A stretch of 60,409 bases of DNA, counting the filler. It is 7 parts of 7 records of this genome, joined end to end, with 100 filler letters (N's around TTAATTAATTAA, not from the genome) between each part and the next. Parts side by side here need not be neighbours in the genome. Positions count along the whole stretch, not along the records: positions 1 to 8,520 come from SRR20825019_4; positions 8,621 to 16,227 come from SRR20825019_6; 5 more parts are not named here. One strand, given 5' to 3'. Made by a program: the position numbers and the translations under genes. Below, one piece after another: positions 1 through 11,249 of this stretch (position 1 is its first letter; each line of letters begins with the position of its first letter). The notes below the pieces were generated by a model, which was not told the DNA's origin, did not search any database, and saw only the letters and a list, made by a program, of their open reading frames with translations.

Positions 1-28
1 TATATATATATATATATATATATATATA
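1..28. repeat. (TA)14 microsatellite at contig start
   Basis: Perfect TA dinucleotide run. Confidence 0.95.
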
Positions 29-100
29 GATTTGTATCCCCCCCCGTAAAATGTACATAACCACGTGTATACCACGCGTGCCTGTTGTTAGCCCGGTGAC

Positions 101-3100
101 ACACCTTTCCTTAAAACGGTATATCCACGTAATACTTAGAACAACAGCCCACGAAATTGTAAACAAACGTATCTGATGATAAAATGCACATATATCGTAC
201 GTGTATACTTATTTTTATTGTCTGTATGTTATATATCGATACAACTGTCTATGCATTACACGTGGTATTAAACTTGCCAGTATGTTATGTAATGTACAAT
301 TTGTGTAGTTATATACACCGGTATACTGGACAATGCCTGGAAAGGTGTATACACGTAGTCATATGAACAGATTAAACACTGCATACCAAATTACGTTTAG
401 TTGTTTTTTGTTTTTATATCCCCTATACTGTTATGTCTTTCTCGGAAAGGTGCGTATCACATTGAATAGTTGCGTACGGTATGTAATATACTGCGTGTAT
501 GCAGCATACACATGATACTACGGAAGTCGTGTATGTAACCGGACGGAGTACGCGTTTGTTCACGCCTATACAACCTTGTAGGCTATTACAATATACGTTT
601 TTAGGGCACGCTATCCCCCGGAGTATACCACGGTAAGTTTTGAATTAGTTACTCTATTTTTTTGTTTGTTGATATACTTAATTACTACATATATGTATGT
701 CTGGAAAGATATACCCGGTAGGAGTGATAACCTATAGCTTTATACTTTTTCAGGATTTGGTGTTTGTGTTTACGTAAACTGTATAACATATTATAGGAAA
801 GGTGTATTAACGACATGAACTACTTTCATAACTGCTGGAAACGACGCTCGCGTATGTACCATACAGGGTACACTCATCACCTACGTGGCATGTAACCCGC
901 ACGGTATTACGTACACCTTTCTTATGTATATAGTGTAATTATGGTAGTAATTAAACTATATCAACGAAAAAATATCTGGATATCGACATGTACCCCTTTC
1001 CGGGATAAGCGATGAATATTGTGAGGGTTAAACCAAAACAAAACAATAAAGTTTGCGTAATGGATAAGTTCTACCGAGTAGGAACAGGTATTAATTTTTA
1101 AAAACGCAAAATACCTGTATACAACAGTTTACACTACACTGTCGTGTAATATACCTTTCCGTGGTGTACTTGTACACAGTGGGAAGTTATTACAAAAACA
1201 CCAATATTATTCTGGGGAACATATAGGAACTTTTAGTACACCAAATACGACCTTTCTAAAAAGTATGCAACCAGTTTTAAAATGCACCTTTCCTGACCCG
1301 CGGTGTGAACATTGCCTTACACATGCCCCGTACAGTTTAAAAAAAAGAGTATGAAATTTACAAGTATTATACATATAAGTTCTGGGAGTACGTTACTATA
1401 TTTACCTCGTATTTCATAGACACATCTACACGTGTATAGTGTTTTATTGTGGTTTTGTATGCTTGACACTTCCTGGGTGCATAACATACTTTGGAAAGGT
1501 GTATTTATTCGTAAAGCCCTCAGTTACGTACGCCCTATGATCGTTTGATAGGATGCTTTAATATACACGTTGTATACATCGAACGGGTATACAACACCAC
1601 GTAGTGCATAATTAATTTCCAGGTGTACCTGTCCTAAAAAGGCACCACCCGGGTATGCAGGTAAGATATTACTTGTATGTAATCAAGTTTTATTTTTGTG
1701 CTTTTATTGATGCGGTGTACACGTAGTCACATAAATCATCATAGGAAAGGTGTATAGTGCATTGCTTGTAACTCCTATATGTAGTGACATATACCATCAA
1801 GTACACGGCTAGCACAGTTTATCATGTAGGTGCTAGAATCAACGTACTCGGCATCATGTGTAACACCTGTATTCCCAGCGTAGTTGGTTGATTTGTTTTT
1901 TACGAAACGCAGTGTAATATACGTACTCAGGAAAGGTGTTAAAAATTTCTATTGTTTTAATAATTAACTGTATATACGTGTTAACCAACCTACCCCGTAT
2001 ATTGACATAAAGGTGTAAGCCTTACATGTATACAAATAGTATATATGTGTAGTAAGTATCTCCCAGGGATGTTACACATAACCACAGCTACGACGTGCTT
2101 ATTTTTCTATCATTGTATGTTGTATGTTAGTACATGCATACCTATATTACGTTGGAAAGGTGTACACCTACGCTATGGTGTATGCATGTCATACACACCC
2201 GTACCCGATGATGTTTAGCACACAGTTAAACACCACGCAGGTGGGTATATATATATATATGCTTGTACACCTTTCCAACGAGAACACTAACTATTATACA
2301 CTTACAAAAACACTAAAAAAGTAGCAGTTTGTAATACCCGTACAGGATAACTTTCTACAGGTGTTATACGTACTACATGTGTTTGTTAACACCCCGATAT
2401 ATACATATACATATATGTCACGTAAAAAAATATATAGTATACCTCGGGTGTACGTGCATTGCATGTACGACTACAAAACATGTATTAATGTATACTGTAT
2501 TCCGGTAGGACCCATGTATGCGGGGATGTGTGTTTAACAGATACACCTTTCCCGATATGTAACGAGCAAGCATCCCAGATTAAAAAACATAAATAAGTAA
2601 CATATCTTACTTAGGGTATAACGTCCGGGATGTAGCGTGTAATAATACATATATAAACATAGACCCATGTATATGCATTGCATGTTGTACTTGTCAGCTC
2701 ACCTGGAGGGTGCACACCTTTCCGTAATATACATAGCACACGTATTATGTTCGTACCTCACAAAAAAATAAAAATGTTTAAGTAATGTGAATACGTTAAT
2801 GTCCTATACCGGTTTTATCATAGTGTATTACTTACCGGACGTTACATAAGTGTACGTAGTTAACTTTATCCCGGGGACTACGTTGCCAAAATTCCTACGA
2901 CGGTGATTCATCAACATACGATATGGATTGTATGTGGTACTACATATTTCACACGTGTTTGATCGATACATATGTGAACTTCTACAATTTTGTTTTTGTT
3001 TTTACACAAGTTGTATTATACCCCACTGGAAAGGTGTACTGTATTGTTATATTAATACGTTAATTACACGTACGGTATGCGCGTTACGAAACTACCTGCG

Positions 3101-6100
3101 TGTATTGTAAGTGTCGTACGTGTTCTGTTTATCATCTACATAATGTTGTTTTTGTTATTGTTTTATGAATAAGTTAACCCCACTTCAGGAAAGGTGTATG
3201 TCTACGTATACATATACAGGTTACAGTGTATACTATAACTTGTAACTACGTCTACAGTAGTATGTGTATTAAAAATGTATTACCGTTTACGCGCAATGTT
3301 AGCATTATACGTTCCCCATCGGATAGACACACCTTTCCTAGAAAACCTTACAATCCTGTACCGAGTATAAAAAATCAAAAAATGAAACCTATGTTACGGT
3401 AAGGCATTGTCCCTATACATAAAAACGTGTTATGTGTAAATTAACATGTAATACTTTTTTTATTACACGGGGGCAAGCTACATGCAATACTTTGTGCATA
3501 TAACTATACATATTTACATTTAGTTGGGGTTTGTTTTGTAATAACATACCACGTGCATTTAATTTGCTGGAAAGGTGTTACCGTGTTTCCCGGACTAAAC
3601 AGCTAACGTGTACGGCATCGTTAGAATGACCATGTAGTCTCCACAAGGTGAACACCGGGTTGTCTACCCGTTTGGTATAGTACGTTTCACACACTACTTG
3701 CACCCGGAAGGTTTACGTATTAATTTTTCCTAAAATTTTATGTAAGCCGTCCTGGAGGCTATGTGTAAAAACGTACGTGCTGACCCCTGTGTAAGACTGT
3801 GTGTTTACTATACATGTAATATACAATTTTTTCGCGATAGCGATGTACGGACTTGATAAATTAAATACGATGGAAAGGTGTACACGATGTAACGCATCTG
3901 GAGATTGCGTACGTGTCCCACCCAGAAGACATTGTACGGCTAGATACTTTCAGGCGGTATTATTTTATCCCCGGGGGTTACACGTAATCTATCTGGGATG
4001 TAAGGACACTACGAGCGTAGTTAACATGTTTCGTAAGTTAACACATAACAAACAAACACCGGTACATACAGTATTTCCCGAGGGTTATACTACCCGTATG
4101 AGTTCACATCTATTGGTCACACCTTTCCTTTATGTACAGTAGGGCATGATAATTACCCCACATAAATGAACTATGCAACACAATTACAAGGTGTACATGC
4201 CACCCCGGAGATATGCGTGGACTACGTGTGGGTGTATACTTACCTGCATGACTAGGGAGATTCCCCTTTCCGGTGTGGTAGTGCATACCGTAATTACAAA
4301 AAACACACCCCACGCAAACACGTAATCATCATACGTATAAAACATATACCGTAATATATGTGTACATACACGTGGTTGGCGTATACACTATGATGTACAC
4401 CTTTCCTCTAAAGTACGGGGGATGTAACATGCACCACTCCAAAAAACGTAACGAAACAGTTTTATGCATATAGTATGTTACGTGAGGTGTATGTGTTAAT
4501 CCTATGTACATTGTGTTAACGACCACGTACATGGTTAGTATTACACATCATTCATTACATTTTTTTTGTATAACAAATGCACTACGTACATTAAATAGTG
4601 CTAGGTATGTCTGTATATAGCTGGGTATTACACTTACTAATCATACTTAATGTCATACACCTTTCCGTTATTTAGCATGTTGTACATTACGGGGACAATC
4701 AATCCCAAAATAGTGACCCGTAGACGTACACGCCATACCACGTACTATTCAGGTAAGCACGGTTAAATTAGTAATATTAAGGTTATGTTGTAAGTATAAT
4801 ATCAGTAAGTGCTTACAGGTATCGTCGTAAAGCCTAGATGTACTGTTACGCGTTTTTGCGGAGCACAGCTTACACCCGTAAGTGGTGTACACCTTTCCGT
4901 TATATACTATGTACGCAATATTTACAACATACACAAAAACACGGAAACGCAAAAACGTATACCCGGTAAACAGCGTAGCATAATTTTACCATGTTTGTTG
5001 TATGATTACGTGCATGTGTTTAGACCTTACACACCTATCACCCTATGGGGCGTGGCATGTTGTACATGCATACTTAAATTACCTCGTGTAGGACTTATTA
5101 ACCACAGTATTTCACAGGGCAGTACTCGTAACATCCACTTATTACGTTTGACAAGGTACTCGTAACAGTTAATACACCGTGTAGCATTATTTCTATTTAC
5201 TTATTTTTTTGTTTGGTGTTGTCTGTTAAGCGCGTGTGTTACAATAAACCTAGGAAAGGTGTGTATACCTTTTTGTATAATTACGACACGTATACTGCGT
5301 AACAGAAATCACATCGCGTACACCATTACTATCCCCAGCATACATAGTATTACATTATTCCGCATTTATGTTTTTTGTATATTGCAAGTCTACGATGTAC
5401 TCGAGGAAAGGTGTACACACGAATACTACTGCAGGGGTTCTTATACATGTACGTACACGTGATGCTGTCTAATTTTAAATACAGCTAGTTAGTGTATGTG
5501 TGCTTAGCGTATGCGTTTAACAACCCCGAAACGGTAAGTGAAACACCTTGTAACACCTAAACGCGTACGATACAACGCATACCCCAGACAAGGCATGCTA
5601 CATATTATGTACGTTTACTGGGAACATACAGGACGTGTACACCTTTCCAATATTTGTTACTAGTATCCTGTACACAAAACAAACCTACCAAGCAACAAAT
5701 GGAAAATACTTCCCGTGTAATCCAGCATACACTGTAAGCCACATGTCGTGTACATTAATAAACCATAGTAATATACCTGTGTGTGTTTTTGTTTACGTGG
5801 GTGGTACTTCCTCCAGAAAATTACTTAAACCCATGTACACTACACAGATTAAATTATTAGCGTGTCATTACTAGTACAAATTCCCATATGGCTTACGCCC
5901 CACGTATGTATTTATGAGCTATGGTTTTGAAAAAATAGTATGCGTGTGTAATGTAACTGCATAACATAATATCCGCGTACACTAACCGGTGCGTAGCATA
6001 CCGTGTACATCTACTTTTATTTTTTTTAAAATATAGTTTGCTTATTAATATTTACTTGTTATAGGAAAGGTGTGTTGCAATGTACGTGATACACTTGTAT

Positions 6101-8445
6101 AACTAATACTGGTATCATACCATTCTACAGGTATGCATTACGGTTATTATATTCTCAGGAAATCTTACACGGCCGTAGTAGATCCCATCAGGTTTACACA
6201 CATCGTGATAGGGGCATGTGGCTAGGATTTACAGTTATATCTAACACCTTTCCGGGGATAGGTCTTGAATAACACACTGCATACACAACAACAAATACGA
6301 TAAGCACATTTATACCATAATGTCACTACACCCCTGGGCTATGTTATGTTGTTGATAATATTTTTCTTTTCGCGTAGCGATTACTATTATTACATACCAG
6401 GCATTCCTGGAAAGGTGTAACAGTATTCACCATAATGTGATACGTCGAAGCACACCGTTTACTACGGGCATGGTACACCTTTCCTACGCATTGTATCACG
6501 TAATACATATATATATCCTAACGGACAACATATTAAAGCAATATGTCTTAAGTGATTGTAATCCTGTGGGCGTGTCTGCTATACATATATACATGTATCA
6601 ACACGATATAGTTTTACAAGCTACACCTTTCCAAATATATGCGATATTGTGCGTGTAATAAATCTACACACAATAAAATAAAGCAACACAAAAACCTAGT
6701 AATGTAGTAATATAATATCCTTATGCAAGGTTATGATATCAGGTACACGTAATAATACCCTTGTTACGCGGGAAGCTCGTGAGTTAACCTGGTATGTAAT
6801 GTACACGATGAATGCTAAATTATGGCAAGCAAACCCCGTATACGTATTATGCAACATGTATTACAATCCGTGCATAGTTTACTGTGCGTTATCTTTTTGT
6901 TTGTGTTGTAGACGTAATACGTTATTATGTACACATTCACGGAAAGGTGTATGTTAACCTGTAGACGAGATCGTAACAGCAGTGAAACGTATACACCTTT
7001 CCTGTAACCTTAAATTTGCATAGTTAATACACACCACAAACCACTATAATAATATGTTAGTAACACGGCGCTTACCTAGGGTTTATTGGCATAATAAGTT
7101 TCACTAAAATACCTGCAACGTGTACATCACCTGGTAATGTTATACCACATTCCATATTATGTATGGTATAATACCGTGTGACACACCTTTCCAGAGTAGA
7201 ATGTAAACCGGGACTTTACTAGTACAAAAACAAAAAAAAAATAATTAATATTTTATTTCTGTTACGTTGTACGCTGTTACCTACATACAAGTGGTACACC
7301 TTTCCGGATCAGTTAATATCTAGCTGATATATGTACTAACGTACATCAATAGTAATAAAAATCATACGTGTGGGAGCAATGTATGTATACATTATGTACG
7401 TTACTGTTTAACTGATATATAAAATTCTTATGAGAACTCCATGGTTGTTTCTGTAACAGGGCTTGTCACTAATAATTATAAAAAAAGTCATACGGTGATA
7501 TGTTCCCAATTTTTTCCGGAAATGTACTGCTACAAATTTTGGATGTGTACAAGGGAGGTACACCTCCCGGGGTGTAAACGACGTTGTCCTGGAAAGGTGT
7601 CGCTACCGGGGGCAGTGTACTGAACATGGATTTATCCTAACCCACGTGTGTGCCCTTCCCGTAAAAAGGTTTCGTGTAAGTCGTATATCATACAAACAGC
7701 AAACGGCATTAACAATTACCTGTGCAATATAATGTAGTATGATCTGCTAGATTTGGAACAACAACATCAAGTTACTTGTATGTAACGGAGACACCTTTCC
7801 TATGTATATATGTAATACTGTATACGTATGCTACCGCATAATAAAAAAATAGAACAGTACAAGTTAGGGTATATATTATATTACGGCAGTATTGTGCAAT
7901 AATATGTTTTAAATTTCTGCGGAGCAGTTACATACCCGGGGTACGTTAACGATGGAAAGGTGTACGTATAAAGTAAGTTACTGTTACAGAATATATACAG
8001 TCATATGTACGCGTAACATTTGTTGTACATGTACAGTGTAACTCTTCATGAAGGCGTTAACCGGATACAAGCTTACATGTGTAAGAACTCATGCAACACA
8101 TATATAAATGTGTATAACATAATTCTATTTTTTTTTTGAATGTACATGTAATGTGCATACGTGAACCTACCCGTAACATAGGAAAGGTGTACGACATTTG
8201 TGTATACAACTAACATGATTTTTTGCGTTAACAGATATACACCTTTCCCGGAATAAATGCAGAACGTTACTTATTTCCAAAACAAAACAATGAAAAAAAA
8301 ATTAAAGTAAGTTACTACTATCACACAGGGTATGTTGTATACACTATATGTCACGTATGCGTTAGGTCGTGTACAGTATATAAATTTTACGAAGTATAAA
8401 TGTTTTGTTATGTTATGTATTATAGTATTCCCATAGGAAAGGTGT
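101..8445. repeat. Dispersed array of the decamer ACACCTTTCC/GGAAAGGTGT (candidate kinetoplast gRNA-cassette motif)
   Basis: By-eye count: 18 exact ACACCTTTCC (101, 2267, 2543, 2714, 3329, 4119, 4397, 4657, 4889, 5639, 6244, 6475, 6623, 6993, 7183, 7296, 7791, 8239) and 19 exact GGAAAGGTGT (339, 796, 1493, 1744, 1930, 2154, 3028, 3188, 3569, 3872, 5253, 5405, 6064, 6409, 6941, 7591, 7954, 8181, 8436). One-mismatch copies at 444, 913, 992, 1151, 1284. Intervening sequence appears unique and has no credible ORFs. Confidence refers to the repeat, not the function. Confidence 0.95.
1192..1232 (+). ncRNA. Example putative guide RNA (one of ~40 cassettes)
   Basis: Starts 31 nt after the motif at 1151-1160. 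ACAAAAACACCAATATTATTCT (G-free, anchor-like) is followed by GGGGAACATATAGGAAC (G-containing, guide-like). Boundaries approximate; function inferred. Confidence 0.45.
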
Positions 8446-8520
8446 GATGTTTATGTTATGTGTTATCATGACGAAACGTTCGTATTAAATTAATTTCGGG
8501 AAATACGGGAAACTTCCCGA

Positions 8521-8620
8521 NNNNNNNNNNNNNNNNNNNNNNNNNNNNNNNNNNNNNNNNNNNNTTAATTAATTAANNNNNNNNNNNNNNNNNNNNNNNN
8601 NNNNNNNNNNNNNNNNNNNN
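8521..8620. other. Artificial contig linker
   Basis: N44-TTAATTAATTAA-N44, stops in all six frames. Confidence 0.99.
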
Positions 8621-8648
8621 GGGGGGGGGGGGGGGGGGGGGGGGTTAC

Positions 8649-8727
8649 CATTGAGGTCGTACTTGTATCCCTCTGGGATGCTCCGTGCGCCGCTGTCGAT
8701 CACTCTGGACAGCACTCTAACCACCAT
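8649..8727 (-). CDS. Possible first exon of a spliced gene cut by the contig edge
   Basis: ATG at 8727 gives MVVRVLSRVIDSGARSIPEGYKYDLN, followed by a GTAACC donor. Divergent from the gene at 9970. Confidence 0.35.
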
Positions 8728-9969
8728 CTCACTCGCCGTGTGTCAAGCGTGTTCTCACGACTGATATTGATATGAACAGCCGATGCTACTGAGTCGGATC
8801 TTGAGTGACTGTGCAGACTCATCGTACTTATCCAAGGCGCGGGCCCGTCACATCCGCGCGGCCCAGCTTGCGGCGCTGCACGTCGACCGGGCCCCGTCGG
8901 GCCTGCCAGATCGCCCCCGGCCGGGGTCCGGCTTGGCCGGCGGCCCGTGCAGTTTCCGAGCGGCGCGGGGGCGGCACGGCACCACTCTTCATAAGTCCCG
9001 GACCGTTCAGTTCGGTTGGTGCCTGGGTTGGATCTGATTCATTCGTCGCCTGCCGGAACGGGGCGACGCCCCTAGCCGCCGGCCGCAAGGCCGCCGCCGC
9101 CCCGGCCCCCCCGAAACTGCCCCCCCGCCCGCCCCGGCGCCCCGGCCCACGGCCCGGCGGGTCGTGGAGACTCGCCGGCGGCGGGCCCGGGGCGCTGAGG
9201 GCTCACCATCACTGACTGCGACTGTGGCGGCGCCGGCGGCCCGGCTCGTCCCGAGATGGGGGAGGGCCAGCCTTGGCTTCGGTTGCCGCTGCAGTGTAGA
9301 CAGTGAGCGAGCCGCCCCCGGCCACAGGGTCGGCTCAGTCACGCCGCGCGGCCTGGGAGCCACTGGCCCGTGAGGGGCGATCCGGCCGGCCGGTCGGGGA
9401 GGGGGTGCCAATCAGGAAGCGGAACGGATGCGCGCGCCTGGACCAAACGCCGGTTCGGCTCGGAGGACGTCCTGGATGGGCCGATGACGTCACCCCATGT
9501 CACCGGAAACCCGCCTCCCATGACCCACACGCATGGGATCAGTGCCGGCCACGCCCTCAGTGACCCTCAGCAGTGATTTCACACATAGACTATCTATTCG
9601 GTTCGGTCCCGCGGCGCTGCCGGTTCTTCGCAGCAGGCATCACTGTCATCGCCGGTGCGCCGGAGACTCGCTATCAGTATCCCGGGCCCGCCCTCCTTGC
9701 GCCAGGCCCGTCGGCACTGGGGCCGCGACAGCCCGGCCGTCCCATGGGCTGCCCGGCCAATAGCCAAAGGGCGCCGGCCGAGCCTACTACTCACTCGCCC
9801 TGGCTCCAGCACAAGCGAGTCCCGGCTGCACTGCCCGCGCCGCCGCTGGGGCAGTCAGTTCCACTCAAGGGGAGTCGGGGCCAGTGAGCAGCTGACTTAA
9901 AATATCGATCGCGCATTCACGGCCCGACCGTGAGTGCTACTGGACTAGAGTCCCGGGACTGAGTGCACG

Positions 9970-10984
9970 ATGGCTGTCGACAACAAGAAACTTATGGCGG
10001 CGATACGGTGGCTGCCTAACCTTGTGTTAAACTGCGGGGCCCGGCTATTGGTGAGTGGAGGGCTAGCCTGGTGGCGCTGGTGCTTGGGCCTGAGACTGAC
10101 GGGCCATCACTTTGTGGCAGCCTGACTCATACAAGACCAATGTCAATGAGGACTCGAGGCATCGCTTCAAGCGACGCGCCGCCATTCTCTGGTCAGTGCG
10201 GTCCGCCATTACGGCCTCCGCGTGGTGCTCACGAGAGTGATCAACAGGGTTCAGTTTGCGATCATCGCCCTACTGGCCACCCTGGTGGCGACCTTCATTC
10301 ATTACCTCACCACCGACCTCCCCGCGTCCAGTCTTACCATCACCTGTGGCAGCATCGAGGGATGCGAAAGGGAATACCAGGAGCGGACGGGCCGAAGCTT
10401 TGCTGAAGCCAAGTACAGCGGAGCCTCGTGCGCATACTTCATCCAGCAGAGCCTCCATGAGAACCAATTCAAGAGCCTGAGCGGTGTGAGTGACTCCACG
10501 GCCCAGACCGAGTATGATTCTCAGAAGGAGTTTATTCTGCTGAGAGTTTGCACCAAGCTCAAGATGAGGTGAGGGAGATGGGCCATGGCCGGGTTGGTCA
10601 GCGGGAATGATGGGTGTCTGACGCAATACCACAGTGCATGGGAGGCGTTCAACCTCAGCTGGGCCGCGGCGACAATGCTGTGGGCCCTGGTGATCTGCCT
10701 CGGCCCGATTCCACTGGGTCTGTGCTGTAAGAAGCACTATCATGACATCGATGAAAAGGGTAGGCCCGGCCCCATCACGACCCGGCCGCGCCGGCACTGA
10801 CTAGTGGCTTATCACTCACTAAACTCTGTCAACAGAAATGGGAAAGGCTGAACGCTCCGGGTCCAATGGCCAGTACGACCCGCACGCGGATGATCATGAG
10901 CATGAGCATGATCACGAGGACTATGGAATCAATATGACCAATGTGCATTCAGAGAGGTCGCGGCTGTCCACCTCCCAGGCCTAG
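9970..10984 (+). CDS. Spliced two-TM membrane protein, uncharacterised (exons 9970-10050, 10121-10191, 10248-10568, 10602-10759, 10836-10984)
   Basis: Four GT-AG introns (70, 56, 33, 76 nt) join ORF fragments into one frame, MAVDNKKL...STSQA*. Two hydrophobic segments flank a Cys-containing loop; His/acidic tail. Confidence 0.7.
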
Positions 10985-11154
10985 GGGAGGCAGGCACGGG
11001 TTGGCGCGGCAGCTGGGTGGATTTGAAGCCGTTCTCGGCGCAGGGAAGTCTGCTTTCCTGCGTGGGATAAAATGATTTCTCGAATCAGATCAGTTCAGTG
11101 TGCCCCAGCCACCACTGTCACACGCTGGCGGCGGCTCATATCAAGATAAATGGA

Positions 11155-11249
11155 GGCCGGCACGGGACTCGACTGAGCCCAGCGCCACGCCAAGGCATCG
11201 ATGTGTTATATACAGATGCGATGAACGGGGGCCGGCACGGGACTCGACT
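11155..11249. repeat. 20-bp direct repeat GGCCGGCACGGGACTCGACT (11155-11174, 11230-11249)
   Basis: Two exact copies 75 bp apart; the second touches the alpha-kinase stop codon. Confidence 0.85.

Noticed and set aside
184-7623. Short ORFs in contig 1
   Set aside because: 60-118 aa, Y/V/C/T-biased products expected from purine-pyrimidine-alternating non-coding DNA; no motifs.
101-8445. CRISPR array or tandem satellite reading of the decamer array
   Set aside because: The repeat is only 10 bp, orientations are mixed, spacing is irregular (~50-400 bp), no cas genes are present and there is no shared monomer.
8565-8576. TTAATTAATTAA as a biological motif
   Set aside because: It is the artificial six-frame stop linker found in every N spacer.
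8621-8644. Poly-G run as a G-quadruplex element
   Set aside because: It sits at the contig edge and is likely an intronic homopolymer or a sequencing artefact.
8783-9900. Overlapping Pro/Arg/Gly-rich ORFs (also 12359-13363)
   Set aside because: Stop-poor shadow frames of GC-rich intergenic islands.
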